Shown piece after piece: positions 37,442 to 47,388 of a stretch of DNA of 64,000 bases; positions within the stretch are counted from its first letter, which is position 1, and every line of letters starts with the position of its first letter. Where the stretch lies: assembly GCA_045645425.1 (NCBI GenBank), contig JAZRIS010000001.1, positions 76,592 through 140,591 of the forward strand, written 5' to 3'. The position numbers were made by a program, and so were the translations under genes. Source of the DNA: Barnesiella sp. GTDB taxonomy: Bacteria > Bacteroidota > Bacteroidia > Bacteroidales > Barnesiellaceae_A. The notes under the pieces were generated by a model that saw only the letters and a list, made by a program, of their open reading frames with translations, was not told where the DNA came from and did not search any database.

Positions 37442-37449
37442 CAAATATA
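37442..37449 (-). promoter_or_regulatory. -7 promoter box (TATATTTG on minus strand) upstream of the hairpin RNA and the H-G4-G3-G2-G1 operon
   Basis: CAAATATA on the plus strand. Lies between the MFS terminator and the hairpin element. Confidence 0.45.
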
Positions 37450-37486
37450 GAAATAAATTTTGATTTATACCTATCTTAACTACATA

Positions 37487-37536
37487 AAAAAAATATGGGC
37501 ACAACCTCGTGAGGGTTGTGCCCATATTTTTTTTAT
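37487..37536. terminator. Bidirectional terminator after the MFS gene
   Basis: ATATGGGCACAACC pairs with GGTTGTGCCCATAT. An A8 run lies upstream and a T8 run downstream. Confidence 0.8.
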
Positions 37537-37556
37537 GTATCGTACTATCGATACTA

Positions 37557-38927
37557 TTACTTTTGTACATTGGGTTTTTCAAGACCATAATCTTTGCGAC
37601 GGTCTTCTATCTTCAAGTAAATACCTATTATCAAAGCCAATACACCAAATGACGAGAAGATAATCATAGGCAACTGATAGCCACCACTCGACTCAAGTGT
37701 AGCACCAATCAAAATGGGTGTAAGGCAAAGACCTATATTTTGAATCCAGAAAATCAAGCAGTAGGCCGAGCCCAATATCTTGGCATCGATAATCTTGGGT
37801 ACCGAGGGCCACAATGCGGCAGGTACCAATGAGAACGATACTCCCAAGATGAGGATAAGTATCACGGCAAAAGTCTTTGAAGGTATGAGGGGCAAGAGGA
37901 ATGCAAAGCTGAGGTGGCATGCAATCATAATGATAGCACCCAACATGAGCATCGATGCACCTTTACCTTTATAGTCGATAAATGCGCCCAAGAAGGGTGT
38001 GAGCACCATAGCCAAGATGGGGAAGAAGCTGAAGAGTTGTGAAGCCTCATCGGCTCCGATACCCAATGTTGTCTCCAAGTAGTTGGGGGCAAAACGTTGG
38101 AAGGGGAAGATAGCCGAGTAATACAATACACACAAGAGAGCTACCAACCAGAACATCTTGCTTGACAAGATTTTGCCCAAGTCGCTGATGCGGAACTCCT
38201 CCTCGCTCGAAGGCTCTTCGCTCAACTCGCCGGCGGCAATGAGTTGCTTGTCAAACTTGCTATCCATTACAGAGAACACGGTGTAGCAAATAAGACCGAT
38301 GAGCAACAAGGCGGTACAGAAACCTACGGGTGCTACTACCGAGTTGTCAAACTGTTTTGATACGATAGGTGCAATCCACATAACGGCAAACACACCAAGA
38401 CGTGCAATAGCCATCTCGATACCCATGGCCAACGCCATCTCTTTGCCTTTAAACCATTTTGCGATAGACTTTGATACGGTTGTTCCGGCCATCTCACATC
38501 CGCAACCAAATATCATAAAGCCCAAGCATGCCATCTTGGCATTACCCGGTAGCTCTACCCACCAGCTGTTGAGCCATTGGCACAAGCCTGTTTCCGCAAA
38601 GCTATCCGAAATAGCCCAGAACTTAATGGCGGCTCCTATCACCATCAATGAGGCCGACAAGATACCGGTGAAACGAATACCCATCTTGTCGAGGATGATA
38701 CCGGCAAAGATAAGGAAGAAACAGAATACGTTGAGGAAGTACTCCGATGCTGCATAAGTACCAAATACGGTACTATTCCATCCGAGATTGCTCTCAACAA
38801 GTGACTTGAGGGGTGACATTACATCGACAAACATGTAGGCGAAGAACATCATGAGCGCAACAAGAATGAGCGCTGCCCAACGTGCTACTACCGAGTCGTT
38901 GAGCTTTTTCTGAATTACTTGTGTCAT
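37557..38927 (-). CDS. MFS transporter
   Basis: 456 aa with about 12 TM segments and a central cytoplasmic loop (acidic SEEPSSEEE). Confidence 0.8.
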   Translation of the reverse strand: MTQVIQKKLNDSVVARWAALILVALMMFFAYMFVDVMSPLKSLVESNLGWNSTVFGTYAASEYFLNVFCFFLIFAGIILDKMGIRFTGILSASLMVIGAAIKFWAISDSFAETGLCQWLNSWWVELPGNAKMACLGFMIFGCGCEMAGTTVSKSIAKWFKGKEMALAMGIEMAIARLGVFAVMWIAPIVSKQFDNSVVAPVGFCTALLLIGLICYTVFSVMDSKFDKQLIAAGELSEEPSSEEEFRISDLGKILSSKMFWLVALLCVLYYSAIFPFQRFAPNYLETTLGIGADEASQLFSFFPILAMVLTPFLGAFIDYKGKGASMLMLGAIIMIACHLSFAFLLPLIPSKTFAVILILILGVSFSLVPAALWPSVPKIIDAKILGSAYCLIFWIQNIGLCLTPILIGATLESSGGYQLPMIIFSSFGVLALIIGIYLKIEDRRKDYGLEKPNVQK

Positions 38928-38965
38928 AGTTTTAGTTTGTTATTTGTTTGATTGTTAGTTTCTCA

Positions 38966-40384
38966 TTATTCCAATATGCGTTTCTCCAACAACACCACAT
39001 TCTCTACATGATGTGTGTGGGGGAACATATCGACAGGTTGCACACGAGTCACACGATACATATCGTCGAGCAGGGCAAGGTCGCGCGCTTGTGTAGCAGG
39101 ATTGCAACTCACATATACAATGCGACGAGGGGCGGCAAATCGTATCACGCCTATCACATCATCGTGCATACCTGCACGAGGAGGGTCGGTAATGATGACA
39201 TCGGGACGACCGTGTTGCTCGATAAACTCGGTAGTGAGTATATCTTTCATATCTCCGGCATAGAATATCGTATTGTCTATACCATTAAACTCGGCATTGA
39301 GCTTGGCATCTTCTATGGCCTCGGGTACATACTCTATACCCACTACTCGGCGTGCTTGACGCGACACAAAGTTGGCTATCGTACCCGTACCGGTATAGAG
39401 GTCATATACCAATTCCTCACCCGTAAGAGCAGCAAACTCTCTTGCCACTTTATACAACTCATAGGCTTGTTCCGAGTTGGTCTGATAGAACGACTTGGGA
39501 CCTACCTTAAATTGCAAGCCCTCCATTTGTTCCAATATATAATCTCTGCCACGGAAACATATCACCTCTTGGTCGGTAATCGTGTCATTGGCTTTCTGAT
39601 TGATGATATAGAGCAACGAGGTTATCTCAGGGAAATTATCGGCTATATGTTGCATCATGTCGGCTATCATATCGGGCTCATTGTCATGGAATACAACAAT
39701 GAGCATAATCTCGCCGGTAGAGGCTGTGCGCACAATCATATTGCGCAACAATCCGGTTTGTGCACGCAGGTCAAAGAATGTCATACCTCGCTCCAAGGCG
39801 TATGCACGCACATCAAGACGTATGCGATTGGTTATATCATCTTGCAAGTAACATTTCTTGATATCCAGCACCTTGTCAAACATACCCGGTATATGAAATC
39901 CCAACGCATTGCGATCGGTATATACCTCCTCTTGTTGCATCTGCTCGGCAGTGAGCCACGAGCGATTGGAGAACGTATATTCCAGCTTATTGCGATACGC
40001 AAGTGTCTTGACCGACCCCTTGATGGGCGATATTTCGGGCAGCTCTATCTTGCCTATGCGTGTGAGATTATCTACAACCTGTTGTTGCTTGAACTGCAAC
40101 TGATAGTCATACGGAACATGTTGCCACTTGCAACCGCCACACACACCAAAGTGCGAACAGAAAGGCTCGATGCGCATCGGCGATGGCCGGTGCATGTGTG
40201 CTATGCGTGCTTCGGCATAACTGTGTTTCTTCCTCACTATCTGCAAATCTACCACATCGCCGGGTGCGGCAAAGGGTACAAAAATCACTTTATCATTATG
40301 ACGACAGAGGGCCTTACCCTCGGCCGCTATTCCTGTTATTTCTATTTCCTCCACAAGTGGCAGAGGTTGTTTCTTGCGTGCCAA
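38966..40384 (-). CDS. rlmD: 23S rRNA (uracil-C5)-methyltransferase, RlmD/RumA type
   Basis: 472 aa. N-terminal TRAM domain, Fe-S Cys cluster CSHFGVCGGCKWQH, SAM-binding motif DLYTGTGT, catalytic VSCNP. Confidence 0.9.
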   Translation of the reverse strand: MARKKQPLPLVEEIEITGIAAEGKALCRHNDKVIFVPFAAPGDVVDLQIVRKKHSYAEARIAHMHRPSPMRIEPFCSHFGVCGGCKWQHVPYDYQLQFKQQQVVDNLTRIGKIELPEISPIKGSVKTLAYRNKLEYTFSNRSWLTAEQMQQEEVYTDRNALGFHIPGMFDKVLDIKKCYLQDDITNRIRLDVRAYALERGMTFFDLRAQTGLLRNMIVRTASTGEIMLIVVFHDNEPDMIADMMQHIADNFPEITSLLYIINQKANDTITDQEVICFRGRDYILEQMEGLQFKVGPKSFYQTNSEQAYELYKVAREFAALTGEELVYDLYTGTGTIANFVSRQARRVVGIEYVPEAIEDAKLNAEFNGIDNTIFYAGDMKDILTTEFIEQHGRPDVIITDPPRAGMHDDVIGVIRFAAPRRIVYVSCNPATQARDLALLDDMYRVTRVQPVDMFPHTHHVENVVLLEKRILE

Positions 40385-40416
40385 TGCTTATATTATTTAA
40401 TAAATAAAAAATCGCC

Positions 40417-40424
40417 CAAAGTTA
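40417..40424 (-). promoter_or_regulatory. -7 promoter box (TAACTTTG on minus strand) for rlmD and the MFS gene
   Basis: CAAAGTTA on the plus strand, 33 nt upstream of the start at 40384. Confidence 0.45.
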
Positions 40425-40518
40425 GCTATTTTTTTCAATATGCTCGCCATATAAATACAAAAAACGATAGGTTTGAATTTTTATATAGTTGTCTTATATA
40501 AAAATCGAAATTTTGTAC

Positions 40519-40526
40519 TATCTTTG
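40519..40526 (+). promoter_or_regulatory. -7 promoter box TATCTTTG for ppdK
   Basis: Exact TAnnTTTG match, 46 nt upstream of the ATG at 40572. Confidence 0.5.
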
Positions 40527-40571
40527 CCAATCATTTGTAAAAAAAGTAACAACCAATAATACATTTTTAGA

Positions 40572-43286
40572 ATGAAAAGAGTTTATACATTCGGTAACGG
40601 ACAAGCAGAAGGTCGTGCCGATATGAAAAATTTATTGGGTGGTAAAGGTGCCAACTTGGCCGAGATGAACCTTATCGGTGTTCCCGTGCCTCCCGGCTTC
40701 ACTATCACTACCGAAGTTTGTACAGAGTATAATCAACAAGGTAAAGAAGCTGTTATCGCACTCCTTGAGAACGATGTTCGTGCTGCGATAGCTCACGTTG
40801 AGTCGCTCACAGGTACAATTTTTGGCGACGAAACCAACCCTCTCTTGGTATCAGTACGTTCGGGTGCTCGTGTATCAATGCCCGGTATGATGGATACTGT
40901 ATTGAACTTGGGTATGAACGATACAGCAGTAGAGGCTCTTGCTCGCAAATCGGGTAACGCTCGTTTCGCTTGGGACTCTTATCGCCGCTTTGTTCAAATG
41001 TACGGTGACGTTGTTTTGGGCATGAAACCCCAAAGCAAAGACGATATTGACCCCTTCGAGGAAGTTATGGAGAAAGTAAAAGAAGAGAAAGGCGTTAAAC
41101 TCGATACAGAGCTCAGCGTTGAAGACCTCCAAAACCTCGTAAGACTCTTCAAAGCCGCTGTTAAAGAGCGCACAGGCAAAGACTTCCCCGACTCTCCTTG
41201 GGAGCAACTCTGGGGTGCTGTTTGTGCCGTATTCGACAGCTAGATGAACGAGCGCGCTATCCTCTACCGTCGCATGAACCAAATTCCCGAAGAATGGGGT
41301 ACTGCCGTAAACGTTCAAGCCATGGTATTTGGTAACATGGGTGACACATCGGCTACCGGTGTTGCTTTCACTCGCGACGCTGCTACCGGCGAAGACATCT
41401 TCAACGGTGAGTATCTTATCAATGCTCAAGGTGAAGACGTGGTGGCAGGTATCCGCACTCCTCAACAAATCACTACCGAGGGTTCTCGTCGTTGGGCTGC
41501 TTTGCAAGGCATCAGCGAGGAAGAGCGTGCCGCCAAATATCCCTCTCTCGAAGAGGCTATGCCCGAGTGCGCCAAGGACCTCATCGAAACTCAACAAAAA
41601 CTCGAAGACTACTTCAAAGATATGCAAGACCTTGAGTTTACTATCCAAGATGGTAAATTGTGGTTGTTGCAAACTCGTAACGGTAAGCGTACAGGTGCCG
41701 CTATGGTGAAAATCGCTATGGATATGCACCGTGCCGGTATTATCGACGAGAAGACTGTATTGCGTCGCATGGAAGCCGACAAACTCGATGAGTTGTTGCA
41801 CCCCGTATTTGACACTGCTGCCATGAAGAGCGCCAAGGTTATTACCAAAGGTCTTCCCGCTTCTCCCGGTGCTGCCGTAGGTCAAATCGTATTCCACGCC
41901 GACGATGCCGAGGCTTGGCACGAAAACCGCAAGAAAGTCGTAATGGTACGCATCGAGACTTCGCCCGAAGACCTCCGTGGTATGAGCGTTGCCGAAGGTA
42001 TCCTCACTGCTCGTGGTGGTATGACATCTCACGCTGCCGTTGTTGCTCGCGGTATGGGTAAATGCTGCGTATCGGGTGCCGGTGAAATCAAGGTTGATTA
42101 CAAAGCTCGCACAGTAGAGATTGGTGGCAAGACTTATAACGAAGGTGATTGGATTTCTCTCAACGGCTCAACAGGTGACGTTTACGATGGTCAAATCCCC
42201 ACTCGTATGCCCGACCTCAGCGGTGACTTCGGTGCTATCATGGATCTCTGCGAGAAATATACCAAAGCCGATGTTCGCACCAACGCCGACTCTCCTCGTG
42301 ACGCCAAAGTTGCTCGCGACTTCGGTGCCAAAGGTATCGGTCTTTGCCGTACAGAGCACATGTTCTTTGAAGGCGAGCGCATCAAAGCTATGCGCGAAAT
42401 GATTCTCTCGAAAGACGAAGAGGGTCGTCGTCGTGCCCTCGCCAAATTGCTCCCCATGCAACGTGGCGACTTCGAAGGTATCTTCGAGGCTATGGACGGC
42501 TATGGCGTGACTATCCGCTTGCTCGATCCCCCCTTGCACGAGTTCGTTCCTCACCAAACTGCAACTATGAAAGAACTTGCCGACGAAATGGGCATTACTC
42601 TCGACGAAGTGAAACTCGCTTGCGATGCACTCGAAGAGTTCAACCCCATGCTCGGTCACCGTGGTTGCCGTCTTGGTAACACATACCCCGAAATTACCGA
42701 AATGCAAGCTCGCGCTATCATCGAGGCTGCCCTCAATGTTAAGGCTAAAGGTATCGACGTTCACCCCGAAATCATGGTGCCCCTCGTAGGTATGATTACC
42801 GAGTTGCGCATGCAAGCCAACATCATCAACCGTGTTGCTCAAGAAGTATTTGCCGAGCGTGGCGAAACTGTTGAATACAAGGTAGGTACTATGATTGAGG
42901 TTCCCCGTGCAGCTGTTACTGCCGACCAAATCGCCGAGGTTGCCGACTTCTTCTCATTCGGTACCAACGACTTGACTCAAATGACATTCGGTTACTCTCG
43001 CGACGATGCCGGTAAGTTCTTGAAAGTTTATAAAGAACTCGGTATCATCAAGACCGATCCCTTCGCTGTTCTCGACCAACAAGGTGTGGGCCAACTCGTG
43101 AAGATGGGTGTTGAAAAGGGTCGTGCTACCAAGCCCGAATTGAAGATTGGTATCTGTGGTGAGCATGGTGGTGAGCCTTCTTCTGTTAAGTTCTGCGCCA
43201 ACTTGGGCATGAACTATGTATCTTGCTCTCCCTTCCGTGTGCCCATCGCACGCGTTGCTGCTGCGCAAGCTGCTATCGAGGCTTAA
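40572..43286 (+). pseudogene. ppdK: Pyruvate, phosphate dikinase interrupted by one in-frame TAG (41241-41243); ORF pieces 40572-41243 and 41244-43286
   Basis: Both pieces are in the same frame and together give a full-length PPDK of about 904 codons: ATP-grasp N-domain, phospho-histidine segment [16 protein letters not shown]-utilising C-domain with the GICGE motif. The stop sits in ...[15 protein letters not shown]. Confidence 0.85.
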
Positions 43287-43310
43287 GAAATTTCTTAATC
43301 TCACATACTC

Positions 43311-43346
43311 AAGCGAGCATCTCATTGCAGATGCTCGCTTTTTTTA
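43311..43346 (+). terminator. Rho-independent terminator of ppdK
   Basis: AAGCGAGCATCT-cattgc-AGATGCTCGCTT followed by TTTTTT. Confidence 0.85.
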
Positions 43347-43383
43347 TACCTTTGCCGTTGTATGACGAAATAGAAACACTGCC

Positions 43384-44061
43384 ATGAACAATAGAAAAGA
43401 ACTGCTCTTTAAGGCCTTGACAAAAGGCATTGCCGGATGTATAATCATTGCCCTGCTGCTCTTTGTACCGGCCGGCACTCTTGCATACCGCAACGCTTGG
43501 TTGCTGATGGGCATCCTCTTTATACCCATGCTCATAATGGGCACTGTGATGCTATTTGCCTCGCCTCAACTGTTGCAACGTCGATTGGAGTCAAAAGAAA
43601 AACGACACACACAACAAGGTGTTATCAAATATTCGGGTTTGCTCTTTGTTATCGGATTTATTGTTGCCGCACTTGACTATCGTTGGGGATGGTCGCTTAT
43701 GCCTTCTTGCATCACAGGGTGCGGTGCCCTACTCTTCCTTGTTGGCTATGCCCTATATGGCAAGGTGATGCACGAAAATGTATGGTTGTCGCGCACCATC
43801 AATGTCGAGAAGGAGCAGGAGGTAATAACAACAGGCCTATACGCCATAGTGCGCCATCCCATGTACACGGCTACTCTTTTTATGTTTCTTTCTATCCCGT
43901 TGGTACTCGGGTCGTGGTGGGCATTACCCATTTTCTTGCTTTACATTCCCATCATCGTCAGTCGCATACTCGACGAAGAGAAACTCTTGAGAGAAGAACT
44001 CAAAGGATATGAGGAATACTGCGCACAACAACGCTGGCGACTCATACCCAGCGTGTGGTAA
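43384..44061 (+). CDS. Isoprenylcysteine carboxyl methyltransferase (ICMT/PEMT-like) family membrane protein
   Basis: 225 aa, multi-TM. Signature TTGLYAIVRHPMY. Confidence 0.75.
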   Translation: MNNRKELLFKALTKGIAGCIIIALLLFVPAGTLAYRNAWLLMGILFIPMLIMGTVMLFASPQLLQRRLESKEKRHTQQGVIKYSGLLFVIGFIVAALDYRWGWSLMPSCITGCGALLFLVGYALYGKVMHENVWLSRTINVEKEQEVITTGLYAIVRHPMYTATLFMFLSIPLVLGSWWALPIFLLYIPIIVSRILDEEKLLREELKGYEEYCAQQRWRLIPSVW

Positions 44062-44081
44062 TGCACAATGGAACAAAGAAT

Positions 44082-44125
44082 AAAAAATCGGGATCACTTC
44101 ACAGCGAAGCAACCCCGATTTTTTT
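44082..44125. terminator. Bidirectional terminator between convergent genes
   Basis: AAAAAATCGGG pairs with CCCGATTTTTT, with an inner CTTC/GAAG stem. Confidence 0.65.
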
Positions 44126-44140
44126 CATATCTATCAACAA

Positions 44141-46168
44141 CTATTTTTTCACAATCGCATCTATGGCATTGAGTATGGGTGTGGTGCTCACATCGCTACC
44201 CACGGCTTGTTGCATCCAATGGTTGGGTGTGAGGCGACCCAGACGATATATGCGCATAATTTCGGCAGCAAAATCGCGCTTGTCGGTATATTGTGCAAAG
44301 TGCTCTTCGAGCTGGAACTCTACAATATGTCCCAACGGATAGTTGGGCAAATACATGGGCGAATTGACCATGTGTGAATAGATAGCCAAGATAGGCGAAT
44401 CTTTTTCGCCCAAAATAGGCTCATAATAGCTGTTCCACACATCGCGTGCTATCGCCAAGGTTGCTTCGCGCAACTGTGATACCGTTGCATCGGGATGCTC
44501 ATACAACCATTGCCACATGCGCATATCTACCAATGACACTCCCATTATCTCATACAATCCCCAGAAGATGTCGAGCGTGGTATTATCATCTATTTGTTGC
44601 GGATAACCGAGCAACTGCAAATCGCGTTTTTGGAAGATAAACGCCAACGCCTCGGTAAAGCCCGTATTGGGTACGCCACGCAACATATAATGGTCTATAT
44701 CATAGAGGTCTATGGTCTGCTCTACATTATGTCCAAACTCATGCACAGCAATGTTATAGCCTTTATAGTCCATGCCCTCGCCACCGATGCGGGTGCGCAA
44801 CAACGAGTTTTCCCATCGGCCCACGGCACCCCAAGCATGTCCCGAACCTCTGGCACCTTGTACAGTAATTTTGTCGGCCAAATAGCGAGCTTCATCGGCT
44901 GTAAAACCAAAGGCCACAAGCATACGGGGCATATCGGCCTCAAAGGCCTCGGGGGTAGGATATTGCTTGCGAGTGAGCGCTGTCAATTCATCCTCCGAGA
45001 TAGTGCTGCGGCTCTTAAATCCATCGTACCATATATCATACGGACGCAAATCTCTACCCAAGCGTTCCTTGATGAGCGCTCCTACGGCCTTGACTTGTGG
45101 CGATGATACAAGATTGACAAACAATGCTTCTATCTCTTGCGATGTCATCTCAACGGCTATCTCAAAGTTGCGTATGATGCCTGTGGGGGCTTGCAACTCA
45201 TACACATCGGCCTCTTTCATGGCTGCATAATGTGCCATGATGCGCTCATATCGGGCGCAATCTTCGGGCGCAAGGGTTACTTCATTGCCGGCTTGCCATG
45301 TGCGGTTGCTATATGGAGCCCAATCGTACTCGGCGTTGTTGATAACCGCCTGTGGTATAGAGCCATCGACAATACGTTGCATGACTTGATATATCATCTC
45401 TTGCTTCTCATGAGCATTGGGCACATTGGCATAATTCGATTTTATCTCATCGCGCAAATTCCAGTGCGAAAGCAACACCATATCTTCGGGAAAGAGTTTT
45501 TGACCCTCTTCGTTGAGAAGATGACCCATCATAATGTTATATCCGGCAATGTAGTTTTCGCCATCGGCATTGGCCTGTCCTATTTTCTTGTTGATGTCGG
45601 CCGGCACTCGCGAGGTAAACATATCGCCCATTCGAGCATACGCCCACTCTTGGCGGCTCCACTCTTTGCCCTTTTCATTCTTTTCTTCAAGCGTATAGTT
45701 GGGGAAGTTGAGAATGGTTATAAATGCTACCTTATTCTCATACAAGTCGGTAGTCATGTGTGAGAAGGGGTTGAATGCACTCATGATATAGTCGAGATTG
45801 ATAGGTTCGGGGCCTGTGAGCATAGTGGGCAGATTGAGCTCTACGGCCACTTGGTTTTGCGCTCCCAATAGCACTTCATACACTTTTGTCAATTTGTCAC
45901 AAAGTACTTGGCGCTCTTGGGCATCGGCTACATAATTCTCCTTGACAAATTGAACAAACTCTTCATTCGTTCCATCTTGCTCTTGCCACAATGCGGCAAC
46001 TTGCTCTATGCCTCGTTTCATTGCTTCATGATTGGCATCGGGATAAAGACTCTGCATATCGGCAACGAGCGCATCAATGTTTTTATCACACTCATCATTT
46101 ACCGAGCAACAACTCACACTCATTACTACCATAACAAACAGTGTTAAGTAACTGATTAATTGCTTCAT
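44141..46168 (-). CDS. Putative zinc metallopeptidase lipoprotein (HExxH gluzincin-like)
   Basis: 675 aa. Lipobox MSVSC|CS and HEFGH motif, with a downstream Glu (…GFTEALAF). The family is not identified. Confidence 0.55.
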   Translation of the reverse strand: MKQLISYLTLFVMVVMSVSCCSVNDECDKNIDALVADMQSLYPDANHEAMKRGIEQVAALWQEQDGTNEEFVQFVKENYVADAQERQVLCDKLTKVYEVLLGAQNQVAVELNLPTMLTGPEPINLDYIMSAFNPFSHMTTDLYENKVAFITILNFPNYTLEEKNEKGKEWSRQEWAYARMGDMFTSRVPADINKKIGQANADGENYIAGYNIMMGHLLNEEGQKLFPEDMVLLSHWNLRDEIKSNYANVPNAHEKQEMIYQVMQRIVDGSIPQAVINNAEYDWAPYSNRTWQAGNEVTLAPEDCARYERIMAHYAAMKEADVYELQAPTGIIRNFEIAVEMTSQEIEALFVNLVSSPQVKAVGALIKERLGRDLRPYDIWYDGFKSRSTISEDELTALTRKQYPTPEAFEADMPRMLVAFGFTADEARYLADKITVQGARGSGHAWGAVGRWENSLLRTRIGGEGMDYKGYNIAVHEFGHNVEQTIDLYDIDHYMLRGVPNTGFTEALAFIFQKRDLQLLGYPQQIDDNTTLDIFWGLYEIMGVSLVDMRMWQWLYEHPDATVSQLREATLAIARDVWNSYYEPILGEKDSPILAIYSHMVNSPMYLPNYPLGHIVEFQLEEHFAQYTDKRDFAAEIMRIYRLGRLTPNHWMQQAVGSDVSTTPILNAIDAIVKK

Positions 46169-46200
46169 AGGTTTTCTTGTTTTTTATATTTACATCTTAC

Positions 46201-46500
46201 TTATTCTATCACAAAGTCGCATGCCACACGACTCTCGCGCACACGCTTGCAGTAGGTCGATATGGCTACATGAGCCGGATGCTTCTTATAGGCATCCAAA
46301 TCTTCAAGGGAAGCAAAAGTCGATATAAGACAAGCATCATAATTGCCATCGACAACATTGATACCCACCTCGCACGAGAGAAGTTGCGGCACAACTCCCA
46401 TCAATGCTTCAAGGTGTTCTTTCATCCATTGTGCATTTTCTGCTGCGGTGTGGCCCTCGGCCTCGGGCTTCAGTTTCCACATGACTATATGTTTTATCAT
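46201..46500 (-). CDS. Dabb (stress-responsive A/B barrel) family protein
   Basis: 99 aa. MIKHIVMWKLK N-terminus and an HPAHV-containing C-terminal half, both typical of Dabb domains. Confidence 0.75.
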   Translation of the reverse strand: MIKHIVMWKLKPEAEGHTAAENAQWMKEHLEALMGVVPQLLSCEVGINVVDGNYDACLISTFASLEDLDAYKKHPAHVAISTYCKRVRESRVACDFVIE

Positions 46501-46513
46501 ATCTATTTATTAT

Positions 46514-47371
46514 TTATTGTTGTATAAATTCTATTTGCGATGCTACTTCATATCCATGATTATACAAGTCGAGCAACTTCGACGTATTGCGCTCGATACG
46601 ATCTACAACAATGGGTATTTGTGGTCGTATGACTTTTATCATGCCTTGTTCTTCGAGCGTTTCCACCATATCTACTTGTTTATTATACAAGGCATTGCGA
46701 GCGGCAATAGCTTGGCGCAATCGAGGATATTTTCGATAGAAGAAAGGGGGCACGGTTGTAGGCTTTGCAGGCTTGCGATAACCCTTGTTGCGGGTGAGCA
46801 CAACAACATTATTGTCGTACCCGAGTTGGCGGGCTCGTAGCAAAGGTATCGAATCGGCTATACCGCCATCGAGCATAGGACATCCATCTACATAAACAAT
46901 GGGCGATACAAAGGGCAGACTGCTCGACGCCTTGACAATATCAATAATGCGCTTGGGATTGTACTTTTCGTTATGATAACAAGCCTCTCCCGTATTGCAG
47001 TCGGTCGTCACCATTTCATATACTTCCTTGCAATGCGCATACGCCTCATAATCATAGGGTATAATCTCCTCGGGAAAGGTGTGAAACAGCAAGTCGAAAT
47101 CCATGATATTACCCTTCGTAATGAGTTGCTTGATACCTATGTAATGGTACTTATCGAGTAGGTCTATATTGCTATATTTGGCCCTACCCTTTTGTCCCGA
47201 CATATACGACAATCCGTTACAAGCTCCGGCACTCACTCCTATGGTATAAGGAAAACGTATTCCTCTCTCCATCAGATTGTCAAGTACGCCACATGTAAAC
47301 ACGCCTCGCATACCTCCTCCTTCGAGCACGAGTCCCGACGAGTTATTTAAGTATATCGCATTCTCTTTCAT
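46514..47371 (-). CDS. Patatin-like phospholipase family protein
   Basis: 285 aa. Oxyanion motif GGGMRG, nucleophile elbow GVSAG, catalytic DGG motif (LDGGIADSIP). Confidence 0.88.
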   Translation of the reverse strand: MKENAIYLNNSSGLVLEGGGMRGVFTCGVLDNLMERGIRFPYTIGVSAGACNGLSYMSGQKGRAKYSNIDLLDKYHYIGIKQLITKGNIMDFDLLFHTFPEEIIPYDYEAYAHCKEVYEMVTTDCNTGEACYHNEKYNPKRIIDIVKASSSLPFVSPIVYVDGCPMLDGGIADSIPLLRARQLGYDNNVVVLTRNKGYRKPAKPTTVPPFFYRKYPRLRQAIAARNALYNKQVDMVETLEEQGMIKVIRPQIPIVVDRIERNTSKLLDLYNHGYEVASQIEFIQQ

Positions 47372-47388
47372 GTATGAGTGAATTCAAT

